Positions 63,801 through 64,000 of a stretch of 64,000 nt of DNA are shown one piece after another (position 1 is the stretch's first letter; the number at the start of each line of letters is the position of its first letter). A model generated the notes under the pieces. That model saw only the letters and a program-made list of their open reading frames with translations, was not told the origin of the DNA and did no database searches. This stretch comes from Picochlorum sp. SENEW3. Taxonomy: Eukaryota. The stretch is from contig CP120459.1 in assembly GCA_034226945.1 (NCBI GenBank), positions 868,001-932,000 on the forward strand, written 5' to 3'. A program made the position numbers and the translations under genes.

Positions 63801-64000
63801 GCCATATATTGCCAAACGCCGAAGCAAATCCTGCATATCTTCAATATATTGAGAGTGGTGAAGATTTGCTTTCAGCATCGAGGACAAAATGTCTGTTGAT
63901 ACAATCCAGGATATATGCTCTGGTAAGCTATGGTGCCTATCATTCATCGAGGAAGACCTGTGAGATGGGATGGCCTGACTCACAATACCATCTAATGCCT
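57855..64000 (-). CDS. Large ubiquitin-specific protease, USP9X/USP24/USP34 (fat-facets) type, 5' end beyond window
   Basis: Exons >64000-62247, 62177-58531, 58461-58146, 58076-57855. Motifs GLLNGGATCYMN, EHQDAYEFF, LHFKRF, HSGTAFAGHYYSY, WFCFDD; LKANLHHSQYIE in the helical N-terminal region. Confidence 0.9.

Overview
Gene-dense eukaryotic nuclear DNA from a photosynthetic green alga. It has short GT-AG introns (mostly ~65-125 nt), plastid genes (TOC75, DEG1, APR, SufC, ARC3-like), an RWP-RK factor, TGTAA poly(A) signals and tiny intergenic gaps. A compact trebouxiophyte such as Picochlorum is my inference, not a result. About 36 protein genes can be modelled by hand-splicing, with partial genes at both ends (TSET subunit TWD40-1 and a USP9X/USP24/USP34-type deubiquitinase). 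Beyond housekeeping, four things stand out. (1) Unusually long introns hide snoRNAs: three in the PUM24/Puf6 gene (U43/snR70-like, snR68-like, one H/ACA), a C/D RNA with a 13-nt 18S guide in TOC75, and weaker H/ACA candidates. (2) A NudC-domain ORF's stop overlaps the start of an ARC3-like gene (TAATG), a candidate bicistronic mRNA. (3) Three adjacent type-II membrane glycan enzymes (orphan GH-A-like hydrolase, FkbM-type methyltransferase, GH125 mannosidase) may form a glycan-remodelling cluster. (4) A highly base-paired, unexplained element lies at ~10.4-10.7 kb. All identifications are by eye and recall; no searches were run.
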